Source: an uncultured Bacilli bacterium
GTDB lineage: Bacteria > Bacillota_I > Bacilli_A > RF39 > UBA660
Reading direction: 5' to 3'
Assembly: GCA_947626425.1 (NCBI GenBank)
Contig: CANQRX010000003.1
Span: forward strand, 1-38,381
Length of the DNA stretch: 38,381 nt
Numbering within the stretch: position 1 is the first letter of the stretch; each line of letters opens with the position of its first letter. The notes beneath the pieces were generated by a model. That model worked only from the letters and a program-made list of their open reading frames with translations. It was not told the DNA's origin and did not search any database. Below are positions 26,186 to 34,566 of this stretch, piece by piece. Position numbers and translations under genes: made by a program.

Positions 26186-28199
26186 ATGGCTTATCTTTAT
26201 TTTAATAATTTTTGCTATATTTAGATTGATTATGGTTAGTAAAGAAACTAGCAAAATCTCTAATAATGTAACAAGCTTAAGTGGTAAATTAATTGCTAAG
26301 AGTATCGATGGAAATTTGTTAAGTGGAACAATTATTACTAAGGAAAAAGAAAAAGTAAATTTCTATTATTACTTGAAAACGGAACAAGAGCAAAAACTAT
26401 TAAACAATATGGGATTTGGAGATGTTCTCTATTTAAAAGGGAATATCTCTTTACCTTTAGATGAAGTAATATTTAATACCTTTTCATTTAAAAAATATTT
26501 ATTTAATCATCGCATCTTTAAAATAATGAATGTTAATAATTTAAACTATAAACCCACTAAAAATATTTTGTATTGGTTAAAAAATAAAATATTGAATTAC
26601 TTAGATAAAATTGACAATAAGCATTATTTAAAAGCATTATTACTAGGTGAGAAAAAAGCTGTTGACTATGAACTACTTTCCCATAATGGAATTAGTCATC
26701 TTTTGGCCGTTTCAGGAATGCATATTGCCATCTTTATTGATTTTTTTTATCATTTTTTTTATAAAAAACATCGTAAACATTCATTGCTTTTAATAGCAAT
26801 CCTTTGGTTTTATACATTTTTAGTAGGATTTACCATTTCGATTGTAAGAAGTGTATTAAATTTTACAATTATTACTTTCCTAAGTATGTTTAATTTAAAA
26901 ATTACAACTATCAAAAGTTTTATTATAACTTCTTTAATTATTATTATTAAAAACCCTTTGTATTTATTTGATGCAAGCTTTTTATATTCTTTCTTAATTA
27001 CTTTAGGACTAATTTTATCTCCTTCTTATCAAAAACAAAAAATGCTTAAAATAAGTTTGTTAACCTTCTTTTTAAGTGCAGGCCTAACTTGTTATTTTAA
27101 CTATGAGATTAATTTTTTAGCTATCTTTTTTAATATAATTGCCACTATTTTAATAGCTAATATTCTTTATCCTTTTGCTATAATGTGTTTATTTTTACCA
27201 TTTTTAATAAAGATTTTTAATTTTTTATTTAATTCCTTTTTAATGCTTAATAAAGCAATAAGTAAAGTGTCATTTGGAGTAATCGTTATTTCTAAGTACC
27301 CATATATTATCTGGGTCATTTATTATTTTATACTATTTTATTATTTAATAAAAAAGCAAAAGCTCAATTTTTATTTAGGATTATACTTATTAATTTTAGC
27401 TATTATTCCGTATTTTTCCCAAAAAGCTATTGTAACCTTTTTGGATGTTGGCCAAGGTGATGCCATAGCCTTTATTTCGCCCAACAAAAAGGAAGCATTT
27501 TTAATTGATACAGGTGGTAAGCAAAGCTTTTTTAAAGAAAGTTGGGAACAAAGGAAACAGGTTAATTATCAAGCTTTAAATATTGCCACTTATTTTAAAA
27601 GTGAAGGGGTAAGTAGTATTTTTGTTATAACGAGTCATGGTGACTATGACCATCTTGGAAATTTAATTGACCTAAGTAATTATATTCGTATTAATTTTGT
27701 CGTTTTAAATGAAAATAAAATGATTGCGAAAGAACAAGAAATAAGTTCTAAATTGCCTTTAAAAAAATTGGAAAATGTTTTATTTAAATATTTTAAAGTA
27801 AAACAGTTAAATCCTTTACTTAATCTAGACGACGAAAATGATGCAAGTTTAGTTTTAAAAATAACAAACGGATATTTATCATTTTTGATGATGGGAGATG
27901 CTCCCCAAAAAGTGGAAGCAAAAATTTTAAATAAAGTTGGCAACGTTGATTTTATTAAATTAGGACACCATGGTTCTAATACGAGTAGTGACCCGTATTT
28001 TTTAGCTAAAATTAACCCCCAATATGCTTTTATTTCGGCGGGGAAAAATAATCGTTATCATCATCCTCACCAAGAAACAATAGATACTTTAACAAAATTA
28101 AAAATTCCTTATTATAATACTCAAGTAAATCATTCCATTAAAATTATTTTTCAAAAAGATAGCTATCATATTAAGCCATTATCTGATACAATACAGTAA
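26154..28199 (+). CDS. comEC: DNA uptake channel ComEC
   Basis: SHLLAVSGMHI, FLDVGQGDA, SHGDYDHLG, KLGHHGS, NRYHHPH. Confidence 0.95.
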   Translation: MLNLKNISPFKWLIFILIIFAIFRLIMVSKETSKISNNVTSLSGKLIAKSIDGNLLSGTIITKEKEKVNFYYYLKTEQEQKLLNNMGFGDVLYLKGNISLPLDEVIFNTFSFKKYLFNHRIFKIMNVNNLNYKPTKNILYWLKNKILNYLDKIDNKHYLKALLLGEKKAVDYELLSHNGISHLLAVSGMHIAIFIDFFYHFFYKKHRKHSLLLIAILWFYTFLVGFTISIVRSVLNFTIITFLSMFNLKITTIKSFIITSLIIIIKNPLYLFDASFLYSFLITLGLILSPSYQKQKMLKISLLTFFLSAGLTCYFNYEINFLAIFFNIIATILIANILYPFAIMCLFLPFLIKIFNFLFNSFLMLNKAISKVSFGVIVISKYPYIIWVIYYFILFYYLIKKQKLNFYLGLYLLILAIIPYFSQKAIVTFLDVGQGDAIAFISPNKKEAFLIDTGGKQSFFKESWEQRKQVNYQALNIATYFKSEGVSSIFVITSHGDYDHLGNLIDLSNYIRINFVVLNENKMIAKEQEISSKLPLKKLENVLFKYFKVKQLNPLLNLDDENDASLVLKITNGYLSFLMMGDAPQKVEAKILNKVGNVDFIKLGHHGSNTSSDPYFLAKINPQYAFISAGKNNRYHHPHQETIDTLTKLKIPYYNTQVNHSIKIIFQKDSYHIKPLSDTIQ

Positions 28200-28215
28200 G
28201 TGGGTGAGATAATTT

Positions 28216-29160
28216 ATGAAAGTATTACTAATCGAAACTGATTCCAAAATTTTATTAGATGAAAAATTAAGTTCAATAATTAAAGGTGATAATAATGTTT
28301 TGATTTATAACTATTTAAATACGAATTTAAATGAAATTATAGAAGAAGCTTCATACGTATCAATGTTTGGCGAATTAAAATGGATTATCGTTAAAAATGC
28401 CGATTTTTTTGGTAATGGCAAAATTAGTGAGAAGGAAACTAAAATGTTAAGCGATTATTTAAATCATCCTTATGAATTAACTAATTTAATTTTTACAACT
28501 TATCAAAAAATAGATAATCGCAAGGCCATTTGTAAAGAGTTTAAAAAATTTAATTGTATTATCTCCCTTAAAACACCGAAAGGATATGAATTAACTAATA
28601 ATGTAAAAAACTTAATTAAACAAAAAGGTTATATAGTTAGTGATGATGCGATTAAATATATTATTGATGCCTGTATAAATAATTGGGATTTAATTTATAA
28701 TGAGATTTCTAAATTTGATTTAATTTTCCTAAAAAATCAAAAAATAACTTTAACTGAAATTAAAGAAGTTATTTGTTCTGCTATTGAAGATAATGATTTT
28801 AAATTTATCGACAATTTTATAAAAAAAGATGCTATTAAAAGTTGGACAGCTATTAATGACTATATTATAAAAAAAACTGATCCAATAAAGTTAATAAATT
28901 TATTAGTTAGAGAATATCGAATGCTTTTAATATCTAAAATAATGGCCGAACAAAAATATAGTTTAAGTGACATTGGAAAAGAATTAAGCGTTGTCGATTG
29001 GCAATTAGATAAAATAAAAAGAAACGCATCTTTATATCATAAAGACGATTTAAAAGAAATTTTAATAAAATTAGCTAAATTAGATTATTTAATTAAATCC
29101 GGAAAAAAAGATAAATGGTTAGCTTTTGAAGAGTTTTTTGTTGAACAAATGGAATTTTAA
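28216..29160 (+). CDS. holA: DNA polymerase III delta subunit
   Basis: IIEEASYVSMFG, KIDNRK, LDYLIKSGK; canonical position after comEC. Confidence 0.88.
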   Translation: MKVLLIETDSKILLDEKLSSIIKGDNNVLIYNYLNTNLNEIIEEASYVSMFGELKWIIVKNADFFGNGKISEKETKMLSDYLNHPYELTNLIFTTYQKIDNRKAICKEFKKFNCIISLKTPKGYELTNNVKNLIKQKGYIVSDDAIKYIIDACINNWDLIYNEISKFDLIFLKNQKITLTEIKEVICSAIEDNDFKFIDNFIKKDAIKSWTAINDYIIKKTDPIKLINLLVREYRMLLISKIMAEQKYSLSDIGKELSVVDWQLDKIKRNASLYHKDDLKEILIKLAKLDYLIKSGKKDKWLAFEEFFVEQMEF

Positions 29161-29232
29161 AAAAAATTAAAGTTTTTAAAACACCTAATTTAGGTCAGAG
29201 TAAAAAAATCGGATTGAAGGCTTAAAAAAGTA

Positions 29233-29261
29233 TTGACACATTAATAGTCATATGATAATAT
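29233..29261 (+). promoter_or_regulatory. Sigma-A promoter of candidate ncRNA 2
   Basis: TTGACA-N17-TAATAT with TG at 29253-29254; predicted +1 at G29268. Confidence 0.78.
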
Positions 29262-29267
29262 AAATAT

Positions 29268-29668
29268 GTCATAAGGATATAGAATATATGTCTAAAAGTG
29301 TTATATGAAATGGTTATTTTGTATAACGATATAGTAAAATATTTTATAGACTTGATGATGATGTTTTCTTTAATATTTTGATATTGAAGAAGATAAAAAA
29401 GTAATTTTATTGTTCAAATCCTTTAATTTTGGCGATTAATTGTTCGTCGTAATGGCTATAATAATCATAGCTAGGTGTGCACCGTTTTTGGATATTAAAG
29501 GATTCTGAAAGTGAGAAAGTGACTCATTTTAAATAATCTTTAATTAGATTGATGATAAAAAATAAACTCGGGTATTTATTTGAAATTAGCTACTTCAATG
29601 ATACTTTAGAAAAATCTTGAATATTATAGGATATTTTGCAGAGAAGGTGATTATAATCTCTGTTTTTT
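29268..29668 (+). ncRNA. Candidate structured ncRNA 2 (~400 nt, family not recognised)
   Basis: Strong promoter, about 11 helices including a multibranch domain, terminator, no ORF of 60 aa or more in the track. Confidence 0.68.
29638..29668 (+). terminator. Intrinsic terminator of candidate ncRNA 2
   Basis: GCAGAGA-N12-TCTCTGT followed by a T run. Confidence 0.72.
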
Positions 29669-29698
29669 GTATTATGTATTAATCAACTGCTTTTAATT

Positions 29699-29722
29699 AA
29701 AAAAGAGTTGGCAATCAACTCT
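29699..29722 (-). terminator. Terminator of the minus-strand three-gene operon
   Basis: AGAGTTG-GCAAT-CAACTCT with an A run on the left, directly after the stop codon. Confidence 0.78.
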
Positions 29723-30079
29723 CTAAAATAAATCATTTAAATCATTTAAATTTTCATTTTTTTCTTCTAATGTTTCTATACCTTCAGAAATGTCACTTTC
29801 TTCACTACTATTTTCGTCATCAGATTCATTTATATCAAAATCCGAATAGTTATCTTCAAAAATGTCATCATTAATTTCAGTTTCATCATCCTCGTCGTCA
29901 TCACCAGTATCAGGATAATGATCTTCTAATGAATCAGTTAAAACATTAATTCCATTTTCATTGAAATAACGAAAAGTTTCTTTAAGGTCTTCTGGTAAGG
30001 ATTCATCAATTATAAATTTTCCATCTTGGTCTATAAAATTTGCATAAACCTTTTTTGCAGAATCACTAAGTTTAATCAT
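29723..30079 (-). CDS. Highly acidic hypothetical protein
   Basis: 118 aa; about 45-aa folded N-terminus followed by a D/E-rich low-complexity tail; RBS AAGGA. Confidence 0.75.
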   Translation of the reverse strand: MIKLSDSAKKVYANFIDQDGKFIIDESLPEDLKETFRYFNENGINVLTDSLEDHYPDTGDDDEDDETEINDDIFEDNYSDFDINESDDENSSEESDISEGIETLEEKNENLNDLNDLF

Positions 30080-30095
30080 AATTTTTTAATTATCC

Positions 30096-30395
30096 TTATT
30101 TTTTATCTTTATTTACGGCATCAACAAAATTTGCGGCAGCTATATCAACAAAGCGATATGCATCACAATAATCTTCAATATTGTTTGTTATATTTGTAAT
30201 AGCTTGTTTATAAAACTTTTTCGCTTTATTTCCATTCCAATATGGACCATCAGTGTCACCATCCATCATAGCTTTAACATTTGCACTTAATTCTCTCATT
30301 TCTTTAGCGAGACTAGTTAAAGTAGAATTCATTTCTATTAATTTTGTTTTTGCCTTTTGACTACCTTTAACACCACTTTTTGAATTTGCACTCAT
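30096..30395 (-). CDS. WXG100-like protein
   Basis: 99 aa, helix-turn-helix pattern with central W53-N-G55 followed by KAKKF; RBS AAGGAGGT. Confidence 0.68.
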   Translation of the reverse strand: MSANSKSGVKGSQKAKTKLIEMNSTLTSLAKEMRELSANVKAMMDGDTDGPYWNGNKAKKFYKQAITNITNNIEDYCDAYRFVDIAAANFVDAVNKDKK

Positions 30396-30432
30396 AGATT
30401 ATAACCTCCTTTTTTATTTTGATTTAAATGAA

Positions 30433-30882
30433 TTAACTTCTATATGAATCAACATCAGCTTTTAATGAATCATAATCAGATTGTAAATCGTTATATTTTT
30501 GAGTCAATTGTTCAACAGCTTCTTCTAAATTTCTAAAAGCAGCTCTACCTTCGTCATAGGTAAAAGATTCTTGTAAAAGTTTTTTCTTTTTTTCAGTACC
30601 ACGAGCTTGTCCAGTACAATGTTTTGAAGCTTTCTGAAAGTTTTTTTTCAATGCAGGTTCATTGATATATTTTGTGAATCCAGATAACTGAGAAGACAAT
30701 TGATCAAAAAGTTCAATGATTTTATTATAATTAGAATTTATAGCATTATAATAAGTCTTAGCAGCAGAATCAAAAGTAATATCATTTACATTAACTTTGC
30801 TATTCATTGCTATGATATAGCCTTTAGCAGTAGCACCGTTTGGTGCAGTTATTAAATCTGAATGTAACCCTTCTAAATTCAT
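30433..30882 (-). CDS. Helical/coiled-coil hypothetical protein
   Basis: 149 aa, heptad-rich C-terminus, no signal peptide; RBS AAGGAGG. Confidence 0.75.
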   Translation of the reverse strand: MNLEGLHSDLITAPNGATAKGYIIAMNSKVNVNDITFDSAAKTYYNAINSNYNKIIELFDQLSSQLSGFTKYINEPALKKNFQKASKHCTGQARGTEKKKKLLQESFTYDEGRAAFRNLEEAVEQLTQKYNDLQSDYDSLKADVDSYRS

Positions 30883-30904
30883 CTTTTCTTCCCTCCTTTA
30901 TGAT

Positions 30905-30933
30905 ATAGTACCATTTATTTTTATTAGTTGCAA
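30905..30933 (-). promoter_or_regulatory. Sigma-A promoter of the WXG100-like operon
   Basis: Minus strand TTGCAA-N17-TACTAT with TG extension. Confidence 0.65.
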
Positions 30934-31072
30934 TTTTTTTTAGTTAAATCCCTTAATTTTTGGTTAAACTATAATTAATAAATTAAAAAAAATGTAAATT
31001 GCTTTACATTGATTAAATTAGTAGAGAAATAGATAATTAAAATTAAAAATCTTAGGGTAGATGTACAAGTGC

Positions 31073-31101
31073 TTGCACTAGTAAATAATTAATGTTAAAA
31101 T
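31073..31101 (+). promoter_or_regulatory. Sigma-A promoter of the polysaccharide locus
   Basis: TTGCAC-N17-TAAAAT with TG extension. Confidence 0.65.
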
Positions 31102-31134
31102 TAAATCAACTTAATAGAGTACCTAGGTGGTTTT

Positions 31135-31782
31135 ATGAAATATGCAAGTCAAAAGAAAAAAAGATATATATATTTTACAATTAAAAGACTGTTTGACATT
31201 ATTTGTAGTTTAGTAGGAATTATTTTTTTAATTCCTTTGACAATAGTAATCAAAATTGCCTATATTTGTACAGGTGATTTTAATAGTATTTTTTTTAGAC
31301 AAGTACGATTAGGGAAAAATGGCAAAATTATTAAAATTTTTAAATATCGTACAATGGTACCTAATGCGGAAGAAATTCTAGAAAAATGGCTAAAAGAAAA
31401 TCCCGAAAAAAGAGAGGAGTATTTAAAAGATCGGAAAATTGACAAAGACCCAAGAATAACTAAATTAGGCAATATTTTAAGAAAGTCTTCGCTAGATGAA
31501 TTTCCTCAATTTATTAATATTTTAATTGGAGATATGTCCTTGATTGGACCTCGTCCTGTTGTTCCTGATGAAGCTGAAAATTATGGCAAACGAAAAATGA
31601 AATTTTTATCAATACGCCCAGGTTTAACCGGTTATTGGGCTAGTAATGGCCGTAATAATATATCCTATAAAGAAAGAATTAAAATGGAACTTTATTATAT
31701 TGATCATTGTAGCATTTTATTAGATATTCAAATTATTTTTGATACCGTTTTTGCCGTTATAAAAAAAGATGGTGCTAAGTAA
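31135..31782 (+). CDS. Priming phosphoglycosyl transferase (bacterial sugar transferase)
   Basis: KRLFDI, FKYRTM, DPRITKLG, SLDEFPQF, GDMSLIGPRP, PGLTGYW. Confidence 0.95.
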   Translation: MKYASQKKKRYIYFTIKRLFDIICSLVGIIFLIPLTIVIKIAYICTGDFNSIFFRQVRLGKNGKIIKIFKYRTMVPNAEEILEKWLKENPEKREEYLKDRKIDKDPRITKLGNILRKSSLDEFPQFINILIGDMSLIGPRPVVPDEAENYGKRKMKFLSIRPGLTGYWASNGRNNISYKERIKMELYYIDHCSILLDIQIIFDTVFAVIKKDGAK

Positions 31783-31808
31783 AGAATCTTTTATATGGGA
31801 GGTTTAAG

Positions 31809-32585
31809 ATGAAAAAAATAAAAATAATAGTCGCGACTCATAAAAAATATCAAATGCCCAAAGAAAAAATGTATTTACCTCTTCAGGTTGGAGCTGAGGG
31901 AAAAGAAGACTTAGGTTATACTAAGGATAATTCGGGGGAAAATATTTCTTTAAAGAATCCTTTTTTTTGTGAATTAACTGGTTTATATTGGGTTTATAAA
32001 AATTTAGAGGCCGATTATATTGGCTTAGTTCACTACCGTCGTTATTTTCGAGCTAAGAAAAAGGCTAAAAATCCTTTCCAATCCATTTTAAAGCAAAAAG
32101 AATTAGAAAAGTATTTACAAGACTATGATATAATTGTTCCTAAAAAGCGAAAATATTATATCGAAACTATTTATAACCATTACAAACATACAATGCATAT
32201 CGAAACGCTTGATGAAGCCATTGCCGTTATAAATGACTTATATCCAGAGTATAAAATGGCTCTTGATAAAGTAATGAAGAAAAGAAGTATGCATGCTTTT
32301 AATATGTTTATCATGAAAAAAGAATACTTTGATGAATATTGTAAGTGGCTTTTTGATATCCTATTTAATTTAGAAAAAAGAATGGGAAAAGTAAAATATG
32401 ATAGTTTTCATGCCCGTTTTTATGGTAGAATAAGTGAGAGACTCTTAGATGTTTGGTTAACATACCATAAATATGAATATAAAGAATTACCATTTATTTA
32501 TATGGAAAAAATAAATTGGTCCAAAAAAATAGGAGGATTTTTAAAAGCCAAATTTTTAGGGAAAAAATATGATCAAAGCTTTTAG
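31809..32585 (+). CDS. DUF4422 family glycosyltransferase (WciB-like galactofuranosyltransferase)
   Basis: IVATHK, DNSGENISLKNPFFCELTGLYW, GLVHYRRYF, NMFIM, GRISERL. Confidence 0.88.
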   Translation: MKKIKIIVATHKKYQMPKEKMYLPLQVGAEGKEDLGYTKDNSGENISLKNPFFCELTGLYWVYKNLEADYIGLVHYRRYFRAKKKAKNPFQSILKQKELEKYLQDYDIIVPKKRKYYIETIYNHYKHTMHIETLDEAIAVINDLYPEYKMALDKVMKKRSMHAFNMFIMKKEYFDEYCKWLFDILFNLEKRMGKVKYDSFHARFYGRISERLLDVWLTYHKYEYKELPFIYMEKINWSKKIGGFLKAKFLGKKYDQSF

Positions 32586-32597
32586 GGAGGAGAAGTT

Positions 32598-33497
32598 ATG
32601 AAATTAGCAACTACTGACATTTTTAAGAAACTTTATTTAAAAAATTCAAAATTAGTTTTACTTCAAGATAAAGATTTAAAAAAACTTCAAAAAAAGCTAT
32701 TAATAATGGCTCAAGATATTATTGAAGTTTTAGAAAGTATTAATGCTAATTATCATTTAACAGGGGGGACGTGCTTAGGGGCAATTAGGCATCAAGGTTT
32801 TATCCCATGGGATGATGATATGGATATTGATCTTGCCAGAAAAGATGTTGCTAATTTTTTAAAAACTTTTACCCAAAAATATGGTGATAAATACTATATT
32901 CATACTCCTTACAATAAAGACGGTTTTAGCCTGCCATCAATTCAAATTCGCCTTAAAAATACTCTATATGTTGGTGTAAATGATTATAAAGAAGAAGAAA
33001 GTGGGATTCCGATTGATATTGCCATTATTGAAAATACTTATGATTTTAAAATATTAAGAAAAATTCATGGTATTGGTAGCATGGCCTTAGGCCTTATTGT
33101 TAGTTGCCGAAAGTTTGCTGCTTATCGTAATTTTTATTTAGAATTGGTATCTGATTTAAAAGAAGAAACCAAAATATTTAAAAAAAAGATTTTAATCGGG
33201 CGCTTGTTTTCCTTTTTTTCTTTAGCTCATTGGATTAGAATTTATGATAAGTGGAATAGTCGTTGTCATAATAACGCGTCTAAGTTTGTTGTTGTACCAA
33301 CTGGTCGTAAAGGCTTTTTTGGGGAAATTTACGACCGTGATAAATTTTATGAAAGTACCAAGGCCAATTTTGAAAATTATTCGTGGAATGTTCCCAAAGA
33401 TTATGATTATTATTTAACTAAAATGTATGATGATTATATGAAACTTCCAGCAAAAAGGGAAGTTGAACGTCACGCTTTAATAAAATTTAAGTTGTAA
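32598..33497 (+). CDS. LicD family phosphotransferase
   Basis: GGTCLGAIRHQGFIPWDDDMDI; YLTKMYDDYMKLP. Confidence 0.92.
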   Translation: MKLATTDIFKKLYLKNSKLVLLQDKDLKKLQKKLLIMAQDIIEVLESINANYHLTGGTCLGAIRHQGFIPWDDDMDIDLARKDVANFLKTFTQKYGDKYYIHTPYNKDGFSLPSIQIRLKNTLYVGVNDYKEEESGIPIDIAIIENTYDFKILRKIHGIGSMALGLIVSCRKFAAYRNFYLELVSDLKEETKIFKKKILIGRLFSFFSLAHWIRIYDKWNSRCHNNASKFVVVPTGRKGFFGEIYDRDKFYESTKANFENYSWNVPKDYDYYLTKMYDDYMKLPAKREVERHALIKFKL

Positions 33498-33504
33498 GAA
33501 GGAT

Positions 33505-34551
33505 GTGAAAAAAATGGAATTAATTAGTATAATTATGCCTGTTTATAATTCCAAAAAGTATCTTAAAGATGCCATTTTAAGTATTCAAAATCAAACGTAT
33601 TCTAATTTTGAATTAATTGCTGTTGATGATGGTTCAACTGACAATAGCTTAGAAATTTTAAAGAAATTTGCAAGTACTGATAAACGAATCAAAGTTTTTC
33701 ATAAAGAAAATAAAGGAATTAGTAACACAAGAAATTATGGCTTAGCTAAATCGCAAGGAGATTATATAACCTTTATTGATAATGATGACGAATATTTGCC
33801 TAATCTTTTAAAAGACAACTTAGAATTAATTACGAAATATGATGCCGACATGGTTAAATTTCAAAAAGTTAAATTTTACGTTGATAATAACTCTGATTTA
33901 GTAATTCCCAAAACTAAAGAAAAAGTCTTATTTTTTCAAAATGACGAAATTTGGCAAAATTTTGCAACCCTTTACCATTATGGTGGAACTATTTGGAATA
34001 TTATGTATAAAGCTGATTTTCTAAAAAAAAATAACATCACTTTTTGTGAAAAATCACGTCATGAAATAGAAGACCATCGCTTTAATTTAGATTGTTATTA
34101 TCATTTACAAAAAATTGTTTTAAATCCGCAATGTTACTACGTTTGGAAATTGCGAACTGCCCATTCTACAAGTGGTAAATTTATTTATGAACGTTTTTTA
34201 AATATTGAAAAAGAAGGAAATGATTTATACAAATTTTTAAAAACGAAAAACATTGGTCTTGATTGGACAAAGGTTAAAGTAAGCTACTTAATAAATATTT
34301 TAGTGGTTATGAATTATGATAATTCCGGCTTTAATCATCGTTTGTTTATTAAACATTTAAAAGAATTAAAACAACTTGATTTGTTTGCACGGAAGTGTAC
34401 TAAAAAAGAATACGCTTATTTGAAAGAAAATGAATCCTTAATGCGAATGCTTGCTTGTTTCTTTTTTGACAAAAAGTGTTATAATACTGTTTATGGACTT
34501 TCTAAATTAAAATTAAGAAAAGACATCAAAAAAAACAATCGTCGTTTTTAA
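33505..34551 (+). CDS. GT2 family glycosyltransferase
   Basis: ISIIMPVYN, VDDGSTD, RNYGL, FIDNDD. Confidence 0.92.
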   Translation: MKKMELISIIMPVYNSKKYLKDAILSIQNQTYSNFELIAVDDGSTDNSLEILKKFASTDKRIKVFHKENKGISNTRNYGLAKSQGDYITFIDNDDEYLPNLLKDNLELITKYDADMVKFQKVKFYVDNNSDLVIPKTKEKVLFFQNDEIWQNFATLYHYGGTIWNIMYKADFLKKNNITFCEKSRHEIEDHRFNLDCYYHLQKIVLNPQCYYVWKLRTAHSTSGKFIYERFLNIEKEGNDLYKFLKTKNIGLDWTKVKVSYLINILVVMNYDNSGFNHRLFIKHLKELKQLDLFARKCTKKEYAYLKENESLMRMLACFFFDKKCYNTVYGLSKLKLRKDIKKNNRRF

Positions 34552-34566
34552 GAAAGGGGAGGACCT

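Noticed and set aside
29268-29668. RNase P RNA or tmRNA assignment for RNA 2
   Set aside because: No GAGGAAAGUCC or 3' P4 motif; no tRNA-Ala-like GGGG...ACCA ends or tag reading frame.
3862-31472. Other short antisense ORFs (3862, 11537, 13601, 21487, 24286, 25855, 27680, 31260)
   Set aside because: Each lies fully inside a confident gene on the other strand.
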